Shown here in pieces: positions 63,201 to 64,000 of a stretch of DNA of 64,000 bases (its first letter is position 1; the number at the start of each line of letters is the position of its first letter). Source of the DNA: Patescibacteria group bacterium. Its GTDB lineage: Bacteria; Patescibacteriota; UBA1384; 2-12-FULL-50-11. The stretch spans positions 384,771 to 448,770 of the forward strand of contig JBBUAP010000001.1 of assembly GCA_038058635.1 (NCBI GenBank). The letters run 5' to 3'. The notes beneath the pieces are model-generated. The model ran no database searches, was not told the origin of the DNA, and was given only the letters and a program-made list of their open reading frames with translations. A program made the translations under genes and the position numbers.

Positions 63201-64000
63201 TGTCTGATAAGAAGGTTCTGCAACTGCCCGAGTCAGTTTCGGTGCGGGCGCTGGCCGATAAACTTAAGGTCAATGCCATCGATGTCATCGGAAAGCTTAT
63301 AAAAAATGGTGTCATGGCGACAATTAATCAGTCGATCGATTACGATACCGCCGCCCTGTTAGTCGAAGATTATGGCTGGACGGCCGAGCCGGAAAGCTTG
63401 AGTACCAACATTATTACCAAGAGCACCGACACCAAATCCTCGATTGCCCGCCCGCCAATCGTCACGATCATGGGTCATGTTGATCACGGCAAAACTTCGT
63501 TATTAGATTTCATTCGCCAGTCAAATATCACGGCCGGTGAATCTGGCGGCATCACCCAACACATCAGCTCGTATCAAATTGAGTTTAAGCAGAGCGACAA
63601 ACAGAAGCGCAAAATCACTTTTGTTGACACCCCAGGCCACGAGGCCTTTTCGGCTCTTCGAGCTCACGGCGCCAGCATTACCGATCTAGTTATTTTGGTG
63701 GTCGCGGCCGATGACGGTGTCAAACCGCAGACCGTTGAAGCTCTTCATCATGCCCGCACTGCCAATGTGCCGGTCATTGTCGCCATCAACAAATTTGATC
63801 TGCCCGGAGCCAACATCGAGCGAGTCAAACAACAGCTGGTTGAACACGATCTGGCTCCGGAGGAGTGGGGCGGCAAAACGGTCGTTGTGCCGATCTCGGC
63901 CAAAACCGGAAAGGGTGTCGACCAACTGCTAGAAATGGTTATTCTGACAACCGATCTACTTGAGCTCAAAGCCGATCCGGCCGCGGCGAGCGAGGGGATC
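63200..64000 (+). CDS. infB: translation initiation factor IF-2 (N-terminal part; continues past window end)
   Basis: Not in the track because there is no stop. The ATG overlaps the gyrA TAA (TAATG). The product reads '[22 protein letters not shown]...[17 protein letters not shown]...DTPGHEAF...NKFD'. Confidence 0.9.
   Translation, partial: MSDKKVLQLPESVSVRALADKLKVNAIDVIGKLIKNGVMATINQSIDYDTAALLVEDYGWTAEPESLSTNIITKSTDTKSSIARPPIVTIMGHVDHGKTSLLDFIRQSNITAGESGGITQHISSYQIEFKQSDKQKRKITFVDTPGHEAFSALRAHGASITDLVILVVAADDGVKPQTVEALHHARTANVPVIVAINKFDLPGANIERVKQQLVEHDLAPEEWGGKTVVVPISAKTGKGVDQLLEMVILTTDLLELKADPAAASEGI

Overview
This is a gene-dense, mostly housekeeping chromosome segment that uses the standard genetic code. 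Many core proteins are domain-minimised (ThrRS without TGS, Der without KH, short UvrC). It also has a split transketolase, a VKOR+DsbA pair and an LCP protein. Together these suggest a small-genome CPR/Patescibacteria-type bacterium, but that is inference only.

I call about 70 CDS:
- Translation and tRNA modification: thrS, tsaB/tsaE, infC-rpmI-rplT, an in-frame def-fmt fusion, rpsP-KH-trmD, rplY, and partial infB.
- DNA metabolism and repair: rnhB, two full-length uvrA paralogs plus uvrC and uvrB, priA, nfo, and gyrB-gyrA.
- Envelope and other functions: folD, lgt, lepB, der, an ABC-2 exporter, HIT, and sugar transferase+GT4.
- Central carbon and redox: rpiB, rpe-like, tkt N and C subunits, fba and gap, plus a NifS-like desulfurase and SOD.

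I also call six canonical tRNAs (Lys-CTT, Asp-GTC, Gln-TTG, Val-CAC, Thr-CGT, Gly-CCC) and RNase P RNA.

Main second-look items:
1. rnpB is about 700 nt because helix P12 carries a ~340-nt expansion. An 18-bp stem closes the expansion, and inside it is a 76-codon ORF preceded by a Shine-Dalgarno (SD) motif.
2. tRNA-Gly(CCC) is nested inside a 217-nt structured intervening sequence. That sequence splits a second tRNA-Gly-like gene in its anticodon arm.
3. At least 12 core genes have a TAnAAT -10 hexamer 6-8 nt upstream of the ATG and no SD, which suggests leaderless mRNAs. Small or orphan ORFs instead carry AAGGAGG.
4. An AT-rich islet abuts the split tRNA. It encodes an HTH-XRE::PEP-utilizer swivel-domain protein and a frameshifted PPDK_N remnant.
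5. Lesser items include heptamer tandem arrays around der, a PriA with degenerate ATPase motifs, and several structured intergenic regions.

I saw no CRISPR array, transposase, integrase or recognisable defence operon. All calls come from reading the sequence and ORF track by eye, with no database searches.
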